From NCBI GenBank assembly GCA_021107755.1, contig JAIOSF010000032.1:18094-82093 (forward strand): 64,000 nucleotides of DNA, read 5' to 3'. Under the pieces are notes generated by a model. The model searched no databases. It was not told the DNA's origin and saw nothing but the letters and a program-made list of their open reading frames with translations. A program made the position numbers and the translations under genes. Of the stretch, positions 49,360 to 57,432 are shown piece by piece. This DNA is from Arcobacteraceae bacterium (GTDB taxonomy: Bacteria; Campylobacterota; Campylobacteria; Campylobacterales; Arcobacteraceae). How positions within the stretch are numbered: the stretch's first letter is position 1; each line of letters opens with the position of its first letter.

Positions 49360-50406
49360 TTGAAATATTTAATTTTATTAATAGTAGTTTTCACTTTTTC
49401 ATTAAATGCTAAAGATTATAGTAAAAATGAAAAGACAGTTGAATTTATAAATATGATGGTAAAAGAGTATAACTATGAAAAAGCTTATTTAGAAAAGTTA
49501 TTTTCTAATGTAAAGGTTCAAAAAATACCTTTACGAATATATGCAAAAAGAACAAAAACAATAAATAAAAAAATAAAAAAAGTAAGTTATCCAACACATG
49601 GTGCATGGGATCGTTATGTTAAATATAAAGTAACACCCAAAAGGATAAGTCAAGGTATATCTTTTATAAATAAATATCGTTCAGCTTTTGAAGAAGTTGA
49701 AAAAGAATATGGAATCCCAGCTGAATATATAGCGGCAATTATAGGTATAGAAAGTGTATACGGCAAAAATGTGGGTAAATTTCCTGTATTTGATACTTTA
49801 ACTACACTCGCTTTTGAGGAAAATAGAAGAAATAAATTTTTTACCAAAGAGTTGAAAAATTTTATCAGACTTTCAAAAAAACATAATATTGATCCAAAAA
49901 AAGTAAAAGGTTCTTATGCAGGTGCTATTGGGTTAGGGCAGTTTATGCCAAGTAGTTACGAACACTTTGGAATTGATTTTAACCAAGATGGTAAAGTAAG
50001 TCTTCAACATCCTCTTGATGCAATTGCAAGTGTTGCAAATTATTTAAAAGAAAATGGTTGGAAAAAAGATGAAGAGGTTGCTACAAGAGTATCTTATACG
50101 GGTACAAGATTTACGCAATATAAAACAGGATACAACACAAAATATCACAGAAAAGAGTTAAAAGGTATTAGACCAAAACATGGAAAATGGGAATATAATG
50201 ATAAAGTAAGACTAATCAAACTTAGTAAAAAGTCTTACGATGAATTATGGTATGCAGCTAAAAACTTTTATGTGATTACAAGATATAATCAAAGTGCTTA
50301 TTATGCCATGTCAGTACATCAGTTAGCAGATAAAATCAACAAGAAAATCTCATCATACACACTATCCAAAGTTGAAAAAGAGAAAACTCAAAATAGAATG
50401 CAATAA
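49360..50406 (+). CDS. lytic murein transglycosylase (MltB family)
   Basis: IIGIESVYG (catalytic Glu), GAIGLGQFMPSS, YNQSAYYA. Confidence 0.85.
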   Translation: MKYLILLIVVFTFSLNAKDYSKNEKTVEFINMMVKEYNYEKAYLEKLFSNVKVQKIPLRIYAKRTKTINKKIKKVSYPTHGAWDRYVKYKVTPKRISQGISFINKYRSAFEEVEKEYGIPAEYIAAIIGIESVYGKNVGKFPVFDTLTTLAFEENRRNKFFTKELKNFIRLSKKHNIDPKKVKGSYAGAIGLGQFMPSSYEHFGIDFNQDGKVSLQHPLDAIASVANYLKENGWKKDEEVATRVSYTGTRFTQYKTGYNTKYHRKELKGIRPKHGKWEYNDKVRLIKLSKKSYDELWYAAKNFYVITRYNQSAYYAMSVHQLADKINKKISSYTLSKVEKEKTQNRMQ

Positions 50407-50410
50407 TTTA

Positions 50411-51202
50411 CTAAAGAGTTTTTAAAAATACTTTAAGGGTACTATTAAATTGCTCTGGCTTTTCAATCATACTTGCATGCCCACTATCACTTAACGAGAC
50501 TAGGGTACTGTTTTTTATACTATTGGACATTTGCTCCATAATATCAGGAGATATAATTTTATCATTTTTTCCACTTATTAATAACACAGGGATATCTATT
50601 TTTTGTAAGCTTTTAGTTGTATCAGTTCTACTAATCATAGCCAACAATCCACCCTTAATTCCTACAGGATTAAAATTCATGATTTTATCTTTAAGCTTTT
50701 TTAATCTTAATGGCTCTTTTTTCGTATAATCTTCACTAAATGCAACTGAAAAAAACTTATCTAAAAAAGGTTCAACTCCATCTTTATCAATACTAGAAAT
50801 AGCACCAGAGCGTTTTAATTTTGTTTCATCATTATCGCTAGTTGTAGCTGTATTTGCAAATATTAGTGCTTTATAGTTTTCGGGTTGTTTTTCATTTGCT
50901 CTAAATGTTATATAACCACCCATAGAAAAGCCACAAAGGATTGGTTTGTCTAACTGTAACTCTAAGATTATATTTTCTAAATCTTCTACATAACTTTCCA
51001 TTGTGTATTGTCCTGTATTACACTGGGAGTTACCAAAGCCTCTAATATCATAGGAGATACAGTAATATGTATCTTTGAATGTATCTATGACATTATCCCA
51101 AAGTGTATGGTCAAAAGGAAATCCATGGATGAAAATTATAGATTGATTAGTATTTTTACCGTAAGTTTGTACTTCTAGTCCGTTAATTATTATTTTATTC
51201 AT
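50411..51202 (-). CDS. alpha/beta hydrolase
   Basis: ATG 51202 has AAGGAG 7 nt upstream. HGFPFD, nucleophile elbow GFSMGG, C-terminal SGH. Confidence 0.8.
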   Translation of the reverse strand: MNKIIINGLEVQTYGKNTNQSIIFIHGFPFDHTLWDNVIDTFKDTYYCISYDIRGFGNSQCNTGQYTMESYVEDLENIILELQLDKPILCGFSMGGYITFRANEKQPENYKALIFANTATTSDNDETKLKRSGAISSIDKDGVEPFLDKFFSVAFSEDYTKKEPLRLKKLKDKIMNFNPVGIKGGLLAMISRTDTTKSLQKIDIPVLLISGKNDKIISPDIMEQMSNSIKNSTLVSLSDSGHASMIEKPEQFNSTLKVFLKTL

Positions 51203-51291
51203 AGTAACTCCTTGTAATGTACTAGTAAATACTAACATACACAAGTTATTGTATCCTTAATAAAAATAATTACACTTTAAATAAGAGTTAC

Positions 51292-51681
51292 CTATTCACT
51301 AAAATTACTAAAAGCAGCTTCAATACTTGTGATAGTTTTATAGTTTGTTTTTGTAAATCTTACTTTTTTTGTTTTAAGATCACAAATAGCAATTTTAAAA
51401 CTAGCTCCCATAAATGGTTCTACAGCACAGATAATTTTATCTTTAATTTGTCGTGTTAAATAAATTGTACCTTGTAAAGATGGAAAAAAATATTTTGGAT
51501 AACTCAATGGTGTTATTTCAACAACAGTTATAGATTCTTGATTTTCAAGAGTTTGTAATATAATCATAGCATCATCATAATTTTCAAACTGAACACACCA
51601 ATCATCGAAAATTTTATTGAAATGATTTAAATCCTCATCTAGGAATCCACCAACTAAAGATTGTATAGCAAAAATAGACAC
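51292..51681 (-). CDS. hypothetical protein
   Basis: 129 aa, no motif recognised. Confidence 0.4.
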   Translation of the reverse strand: MSIFAIQSLVGGFLDEDLNHFNKIFDDWCVQFENYDDAMIILQTLENQESITVVEITPLSYPKYFFPSLQGTIYLTRQIKDKIICAVEPFMGASFKIAICDLKTKKVRFTKTNYKTITSIEAAFSNFSE

Positions 51682-51830
51682 AAAAACACCTTGATATATA
51701 TAATTTTAATAGTTAATTATACCCTTAATTTTCTTATATCAAATTATCTATTTTATAGGTAAAAAGTTGTGTAAGATACTATTTAAAATAAAACCTGTAA
51801 AATACAAATAATTAATAAAGGATTTAAAAA

Positions 51831-51859
51831 TGCAAATAAGAGTATATTACGAAGATACA
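51831..51859 (+). repeat. attL: 29-bp direct repeat (duplicated first codons of the thioesterase gene)
   Basis: tgcaaataagagtatattacgaagataca is identical to 60847-60875. It is preceded by ATG and a native-looking AAAGGA SD, and the reading frame dies after ~16 codons. Confidence 0.8.
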
Positions 51860-52119
51860 ATAATTCTCTTATTTTCATAAAAACATAGTAATAAACAAGG
51901 CTTTTCAAAAATAATTTTCTTACAAATTATAGTCTTTAAGCTCATTTGTGGGGACTAAAATAGGGACTATTGAAGCGAGGGATTGATTAAGTCCCTCCTG
52001 TAGTTTAGTGAAGTGGTACTACAAGGATAAATCCTACCACTATGAAGATTAATATTAATCTCAACACAACGAACCTTTCGTAAAAGCTCCACCGCTTAAC
52101 TTCAAAAGTTCCCACTAAT

Positions 52120-52151
52120 AAAAAAAGGTAAGGATTGCTCCCTACCTTTTT
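52120..52151. terminator. bidirectional A-run/hairpin/T-run terminator-like structure
   Basis: aaaaaaaggtaaggattgctccctaccttttt. Confidence 0.5.
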
Positions 52152-52333
52152 AACTTCCCTTTACACGATAAGTAATCAGCTTATCATAAAAGGCTCATTG
52201 TGTTTCGTTCGTATTATATATTAATTGTTTTTAAATGTCAATATTAATGAAAGCAGATAATAAATTTTATTCCTTGGTCAACAAGTACCAGGAACAAATA
52301 GGAATAAATTTTATCAAGATATCTCTCGAGCTA

Positions 52334-52495
52334 CTACTGATCTAATTTTTGTATATTTTTTTCTGCAGTCTTTTGTTGCTTAGCTTTTTCCATAGCTTGT
52401 TTAAGACTTTGATATGTTTCATCATTTGCATTATAAAATGCAAAATATATAGCACCAGAAACAAATAAGATAATATACAATATTAGTTTTATCAT
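52334..52495 (-). CDS. small membrane protein (53 aa)
   Basis: Below the track cut-off. MIKLILYIILFVSGAIYFAFYNANDETYQSLKQAMEKAKQQKTAEKNIQKLDQ*. AAGGGA SD. Starts 19 nt after the MobC-like stop. Confidence 0.4.
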   Translation of the reverse strand: MIKLILYIILFVSGAIYFAFYNANDETYQSLKQAMEKAKQQKTAEKNIQKLDQ

Positions 52496-52513
52496 GATAT
52501 CCCTTGATCTACT

Positions 52514-53275
52514 TCAATTAAACTTTTTACTTTCATCATATAGTTTTATAACTATCTGGTGAACATTATGTAATACAATATTTAACTCTTTTACAACTTT
52601 TATCATTTCAACTTTCTCAACTTCATAATTACAATTCAATTCAAAAGCAATTCTATTAACATCATTTGTAATATTTGCTACATCATTATTTAACTTCATA
52701 AGCTCTCTAGCATATTTTATTTGATTATCTGATAGTATGTAGTACCTTTTATCTAAAAAGTATTTTAAAGCTGCTCTAATGAGTTTTGATTTATCCAATT
52801 TTAGATTTTTATAGATATCTATATTTCTCTTAACATCCAATAATATTGTTTGATCTACTCGAGCAATAATTGTATGATTTTTTATTTTGTTCTTTTCAAA
52901 AGGTCTTAAGAGTTTAATTAATCTTTTCAGTTCCTGGACATATTCTATATTTGACTTTTTACAATAGGAAAAATTATCTATTATAATATCTATATTTTCA
53001 TCTGCTGCAACTTCTAAATGTTCTGTTATTTGAGATATATTTGCAGTAAGTCCATTCATATCTAAAATCATTTCATTAGATACTTTTATGATCGTATCTA
53101 TATTTGAAATATAGTTAAATAAGTTTTGATCAACAAAATTATTAATAGCTGCTCTTAACAGTTTGCTTTCATCATAGTGTGAAAATTTCTTTAGCTGCAA
53201 CTTTTTAGATATTTGACTTTTCAAATCATCATCAAGTCTTGCTGTGATACGAGGATTGATAGACATTAATCTCAC
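52514..53275 (-). CDS. tandem-duplicated RHH + MobC-like relaxosome accessory protein
   Basis: 253 aa made of two homologous halves. Half 1: ITARLDDDLKSQI...SKLLRAAINNFV...MNGLTANISQITEHL. Half 2: IIARVDQTILLDV...SKLIRAALKYFL...LNNDVANITNDVNRIAFELN. The latter segments resemble the MobC G-x-NLNQIA-x-x-N motif. Confidence 0.5.
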   Translation of the reverse strand: MRLMSINPRITARLDDDLKSQISKKLQLKKFSHYDESKLLRAAINNFVDQNLFNYISNIDTIIKVSNEMILDMNGLTANISQITEHLEVAADENIDIIIDNFSYCKKSNIEYVQELKRLIKLLRPFEKNKIKNHTIIARVDQTILLDVKRNIDIYKNLKLDKSKLIRAALKYFLDKRYYILSDNQIKYARELMKLNNDVANITNDVNRIAFELNCNYEVEKVEMIKVVKELNIVLHNVHQIVIKLYDESKKFN

Positions 53276-53425
53276 TTTTCAATTAGTTTACTAGAAACTA
53301 ATTGTATCTAAAAAAGCAAAAATTATCTAGTCGGTTGGGGGGATTTGTCATACAAATTCCCTATCCTGCCAGTCTAAAAAATAAAATTTTTTAGACTTAA
53401 AACAGAAATTTACTTAATTTTTGTG

Positions 53426-53535
53426 TTAATTTTCCTTTTTTATTCTTAATTATTGGTTTTTTGTTGTTAATTCTTTGCTTTTAGGTGTTAATTATTGGTT
53501 TTGCAGTGTTAATTTTTAGTATAGGGGTGTTAATT
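53426..53535 (+). repeat. iteron-like array: six (T/G)GTTAATT boxes, five at exact 21-bp spacing
   Basis: TTAATT cores at 53426, 53446, 53467, 53488, 53509 and 53530. Confidence 0.75.
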
Positions 53536-53637
53536 CGTAAAAAAGTGCTTTGATTTATCGAATATTTGTATTTTAATAATTTAATTGAAAATTTAATATC
53601 ATAAAGAAAACTTTTAATACTTAGTGGAGAAGCAAAT

Positions 53638-54033
53638 ATGAATATAGAAGAAAAATTAAATATAATCCAAAAGATCATTCATAGAAATAAAAATTCATTA
53701 TGTAGTAGTGATGAATTAATGGAAAAATATGGCTTACATTTTGCTATATATCATGCTTATATTTTAGATAAATATGAAAAGAATATGAAAACTAATATTT
53801 TAAATAAAGAGTTTTATATTAAAATAGATGAGTGTAAAAGTAAAACAACTTTATCATATCATCATCAAAAAAAAGCAATGAAATTGGGAGAAAGTTTAAA
53901 ATGGTGGAGCTGTGAGTTAAAATATAATAAATCAATAAAAGCTAAAGTAGTACATTTTATTTTAGATGATAAAATAGCTATTGAAATGCTTACTAAGTTA
54001 AATCAATTTAAAAATACTTTTAAATCTATTTGA
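53638..54033 (+). CDS. hypothetical protein
   Basis: 131 aa, basic, no motif recognised. Confidence 0.4.
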   Translation: MNIEEKLNIIQKIIHRNKNSLCSSDELMEKYGLHFAIYHAYILDKYEKNMKTNILNKEFYIKIDECKSKTTLSYHHQKKAMKLGESLKWWSCELKYNKSIKAKVVHFILDDKIAIEMLTKLNQFKNTFKSI

Positions 54034-54102
54034 ATAGATCTTAATTACTTTTGATCTATTTCATGTAATGTATTATAAATATAATATCTAGTTATTAATT
54101 AT

Positions 54103-54705
54103 TTAATTATCTTCATCAATTTCATATAAAGTATTATAGACTTTGAATCTTGATAAAATATATAAAAGAATAGGAATGTCATTGATAGAAAAATCAAAGC
54201 CTACTTCTTTATTAAAATCATCAATTATAATTTGATTCATTTGATTATATTCTAAATTCTTCTCTTTATTCATATCCTCTAAAATTTCTAGAAAATATTT
54301 TAAAAAAATAAAATTTGTTTTTAGATTCTCTAATTTAGAAATAATTCGAGTATCAATACCTATACTATTTTTATCATATTGTTTTGTTATATTTAATAAT
54401 AAGATATTTGCAATGTCAGCAGGAGATGAAAGCTGCATAAATTTTATTATTTCGTGAACTCTTTGATCTCTATCATAATTTCCTATATTAGATAATTTTG
54501 CTTCAAGTTCTTCAACTGAAAGTTCTTTAATAAGTTCAAATTTTTTAATTTTATTTGATTCTAAAAACTCTTCAATTTCATTTTTGGCTATGTAGCCTTT
54601 TTCAAAAAAAGATATAACTGCTCTATCTTCTTTAGCCCAGTTAGAATAACTTCTTGCAGTAATTCCGAACAAATCACATAATATTTTTTTAAATCCACTT
54701 TCCAT
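54103..54705 (-). CDS. hypothetical protein with N-terminal HTH (candidate element repressor)
   Basis: ILCDLFGITARSYSNWAKEDR resembles an HTH. Diverges from the rep operon across the operator-like boxes. Confidence 0.4.
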   Translation of the reverse strand: MESGFKKILCDLFGITARSYSNWAKEDRAVISFFEKGYIAKNEIEEFLESNKIKKFELIKELSVEELEAKLSNIGNYDRDQRVHEIIKFMQLSSPADIANILLLNITKQYDKNSIGIDTRIISKLENLKTNFIFLKYFLEILEDMNKEKNLEYNQMNQIIIDDFNKEVGFDFSINDIPILLYILSRFKVYNTLYEIDEDN

Positions 54706-54720
54706 AGTTGCACCATATTT

Positions 54721-54837
54721 AGAAATATTTTCATATAAAAGAAAATATTTCTAATAAATTAAGTTTATTTTAAATATAAATTATTTATACTTCACAAATA
54801 GAAAATATTTCATTTTATATGAAAATATTTCTATAAT
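54721..54837. promoter_or_regulatory. four GAAAATATTTC(T) boxes on a 20-bp register plus a TATAAT -10 box
   Basis: Boxes at 54721 (inverted), 54741, 54801 and 54821. TATAAT at 54832-54837 abuts the last box. Confidence 0.55.
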
Positions 54838-54938
54838 GTATGTATTTTGTCTTTATATATTAATTTTAATTAATAGAATACCTTAAAAATGGTTAAACAT
54901 ATACATTTATACATAATTTTACAATTATTAAACATTTG

Positions 54939-55036
54939 GAGCTGACCAAACAGCTACTCGAAACTTTATAAGTTTTGAAGCTAATCACTTGATTAGCTCC
55001 AAGTGTTTTAAGGTAGCTGTTTGGTCGCTCTACCTT
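54939..55036 (+). other. nested palindrome / three-way-junction structure upstream of the Rep-like gene
   Basis: Outer stem 54939-54957 / 55013-55030 (14 perfect bp gaccaaacagctac/gtagctgtttggtc). Inner hairpins 54958-54978 and 54979-54998. Alternative hairpin aaggtag/ctacctt at 55010-55036. Confidence 0.6.
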
Positions 55037-55116
55037 AAATTGCTATATTAATGATAAGGTGGAACTATTCTATGAATAAATTCTGTATTTTTTTAATGCT
55101 TAGTGAAAAAAATTAA

Positions 55117-55815
55117 ATGAAATATATATTACATATAAATCAAGAACAAGCAATTAAACTTGGCATGAAAAACATAAACCAGGCTATTATATTTGATTTA
55201 TTGACTAGTGCCTCAACTTGGGCAGAACCAATAATATATGAAAATAAAGTTTACTATTGGGTTGCAAGACAAGTTGTAGTGAAAGAACTTCCTTTATTAA
55301 ATCTCAAAGAAGACACCGTATATAGACATTTTAAATTTTTAGATGAAATAGATCTAATCAACTACATAAAAGTGTCTAAAAAGGATTGTATCAATATTAC
55401 AAAAAAAGGAAAAAAATATGCTTTTAGCACTATGTCGGAAACAAATCCGAATTACTATGTCGGAAATAAATCCGAACTCGGAAATGAATCCGAAAAAAAC
55501 TCGGATTTAAATCCGACATATCAATATACTATTCCTTATCCCAAAGAAGAAGAAAAAGAAGAAGATTTAAAATATATAAAAAATATTTTAAGTGATGACA
55601 CAAGATATGAAGTTTTTTCAATTGAGTTTTATGACTTCATCTATCCAAAAAACAAAAAATCTAATCAACAAAAAATTTGGTATGGCAATAAAATCAAAAA
55701 AAATATTTTAGAAAAAGAAAAACAAACAATAGAAAATATTAGTAAATTTGTAGAGTTCCACGATCAATTAAATTTCAAATTAAAAAATCATAAAGGGAGG
55801 GAAAATGAAATATAA
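55117..55815 (+). CDS. putative replication initiator / replisome-organizer-like protein (N-terminal wHTH)
   Basis: 232 aa. N-terminal ~100 aa are wHTH-like (EDTVYRHFKFLDEIDLINYIK). The middle is encoded by dyad repeats, followed by an acidic EEEKEEDL stretch. Confidence 0.4.
   Translation: MKYILHINQEQAIKLGMKNINQAIIFDLLTSASTWAEPIIYENKVYYWVARQVVVKELPLLNLKEDTVYRHFKFLDEIDLINYIKVSKKDCINITKKGKKYAFSTMSETNPNYYVGNKSELGNESEKNSDLNPTYQYTIPYPKEEEKEEDLKYIKNILSDDTRYEVFSIEFYDFIYPKNKKSNQQKIWYGNKIKKNILEKEKQTIENISKFVEFHDQLNFKLKNHKGRENEI
55435..55516 (+). repeat. four TCGGA-N6-TCCGA dyad-symmetric repeats inside the Rep-like CDS
   Basis: Repeats at 55435-55450, 55460-55475, 55478-55493 and 55501-55516. Units 1 and 2 share actatgtcggaaa; unit 4 carries the same extension inverted (tccgacata). 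Confidence 0.75.
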
Positions 55816-56821
55816 AATAAATTCAAGAGATAGTTTTGAGTCTTCATTGTTCTTTTGGATACAAAGGTTTATATATAATCAAACACAAAAATCCAATAGC
55901 AGATATATTAAAGATTTATTTCAATATAAAATCAAAGTTATGACACTTTCAATTGATGATGTTTTTGAAGATATGAAGGAATTTGTACAGTTAACTAAGG
56001 AGATAAGAAATTTAGGTAATAAAAGCTTAAGTACATATTTTTATCCATTGTTAAATTTTTATAATTACAGTATAGGTTTAGGTTTACAAAAATTAACAGA
56101 TATCAATGAAGATATGTTAATGAAATATGTAAGTCAATTGAATTTTAAATCAGCAGTAACTCGAGAAAACTATAAAAGAATGATAATCATATTCTTTAAT
56201 TATTTAGATTTGAATAACGAAGATATGAATGGAGACCAATTTATTTTTGATATTAAACTTGATACTCTTCAAAGAACAAAGCATACAAATAAATTACCAT
56301 CATATTTAACAGAACAAGAATTAGAAAAGTTTTTAATAGCAAATGAAAATATTAAGTATCAAAAACAATCAGCTCCAATGAATCGTTTAATTATAAAACT
56401 TCTAGTATTTACAGGTATAAGAGTTGATGAACTAATAAACATTAAAAAAGATGATATTTATTTGGAAAATAATCAATATTATATAAAAGTTTTAGGTAAA
56501 GGGAATAAAGAGCGAGTAGTTACTGTAGATAATTACAAAATAGATAAAGATTATTTAAGATGTTTACGAATAAATAGATCTAATAATGAGTTTTTATTTA
56601 TAACTACACAAAAAGGAAAAGTATCTGCTCAATATGTGTACAATTTAGTTAAAAACTTATTAGAGTATTCTAATATTGTTAAAGACAAAAGCGGTGCTCA
56701 CATGCTAAGACATACATTTGCAACACATCTATATCGTAAAACTAAAGATATATTACTTGTTCAAAAAGCGTTGGGACATGAAGATCTTAAAACTACTCAA
56801 ATTTATACACATTTATCATGA
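55805..56821 (+). CDS. tyrosine recombinase (XerD-like)
   Basis: R...HMLRHTFATHL...LGHEDLKTTQIYTH catalytic motifs. Confidence 0.85.
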   Translation: MKYKINSRDSFESSLFFWIQRFIYNQTQKSNSRYIKDLFQYKIKVMTLSIDDVFEDMKEFVQLTKEIRNLGNKSLSTYFYPLLNFYNYSIGLGLQKLTDINEDMLMKYVSQLNFKSAVTRENYKRMIIIFFNYLDLNNEDMNGDQFIFDIKLDTLQRTKHTNKLPSYLTEQELEKFLIANENIKYQKQSAPMNRLIIKLLVFTGIRVDELINIKKDDIYLENNQYYIKVLGKGNKERVVTVDNYKIDKDYLRCLRINRSNNEFLFITTQKGKVSAQYVYNLVKNLLEYSNIVKDKSGAHMLRHTFATHLYRKTKDILLVQKALGHEDLKTTQIYTHLS

Positions 56822-57432
56822 AAACAATTAATGAACTTTTATTATTAAAAATTGATAATTCTGTAGATATCAATAGTCTAGTAGACAAAGTAATTGATGA
56901 TAAGGATTTGAAAGAAAGAATTATAGAAAGAACATTGGTAGAGCAATATGTGACAAATTTCTATAATAATTTAAATAAAGAAAAATTATATAGTGAGAAA
57001 TTAATTGTTGAAATAAATGAACAAATAAAAACAGCAATTTTAATAGGTAAAAATGATGATAAAATTTATAAAATTTTAGCTAAATCTAAAGATAAAATAG
57101 AAGCTATATTAACAGTAATAAATAAGTTGTCTAGTCTTAGTGAGCATGAAATGATTATTATGGATCATATTAAGAGTATAAGATTTAATTTATCAAAAAA
57201 AGATATTGAATTAGAAGAAGAAATCAAAAAAGAAATGTCTACATGGACTAATTCAAAATTAAATCTTAGTTTTGAAGATAAGAAAAAATTGATTGAAGAT
57301 GCAATAGATATTTTGAAAAAACATGATGAAAAAATAACATATATTGCTATTGCAAAAATCACGGGTAAACACCAAAGAACAATTAAAAATTATATGAAGT
57401 TATTAAAAAAGAAGGAGCTTTTAAATGATTAA
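56818..57432 (+). CDS. hypothetical protein with C-terminal HTH
   Basis: ITYIAIAKITGKHQRTIKNYMKLLKKKELL. Confidence 0.4.
   Translation: MKTINELLLLKIDNSVDINSLVDKVIDDKDLKERIIERTLVEQYVTNFYNNLNKEKLYSEKLIVEINEQIKTAILIGKNDDKIYKILAKSKDKIEAILTVINKLSSLSEHEMIIMDHIKSIRFNLSKKDIELEEEIKKEMSTWTNSKLNLSFEDKKKLIEDAIDILKKHDEKITYIAIAKITGKHQRTIKNYMKLLKKKELLND

Noticed and set aside
51940-52150. tRNA or tmRNA gene as the integration target at the left arm of the element. A GTAG...CTAC D-arm-like stem was noted.
   Set aside because: There is no GTTCGA-type T-loop, no 7-bp acceptor stem with CCA/discriminator geometry and no tag-peptide ORF. The actual duplicated att core lies in the ybgC-like gene start.
53326-53333. 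G6 tract (ggttggggggattt) as a phase-variation homopolymer.
   Set aside because: It is only six G residues and is intergenic. Slipped-strand switches in Campylobacterota usually involve longer G/C tracts within or just upstream of coding sequences.
53426-53535. Possible CRISPR array, because the short repeats are regularly spaced.
   Set aside because: The period is only 21 bp, with an ~8-bp conserved core and no unique spacers of CRISPR length. No cas genes are in the window. It fits iterons or operator arrays better.
53481-53678. 65-aa minus-strand ORF.
   Set aside because: It covers the 21-bp-phased repeat array, so its 'protein' is just the translated repeats. It has no SD and overlaps the start of the 53638 gene.
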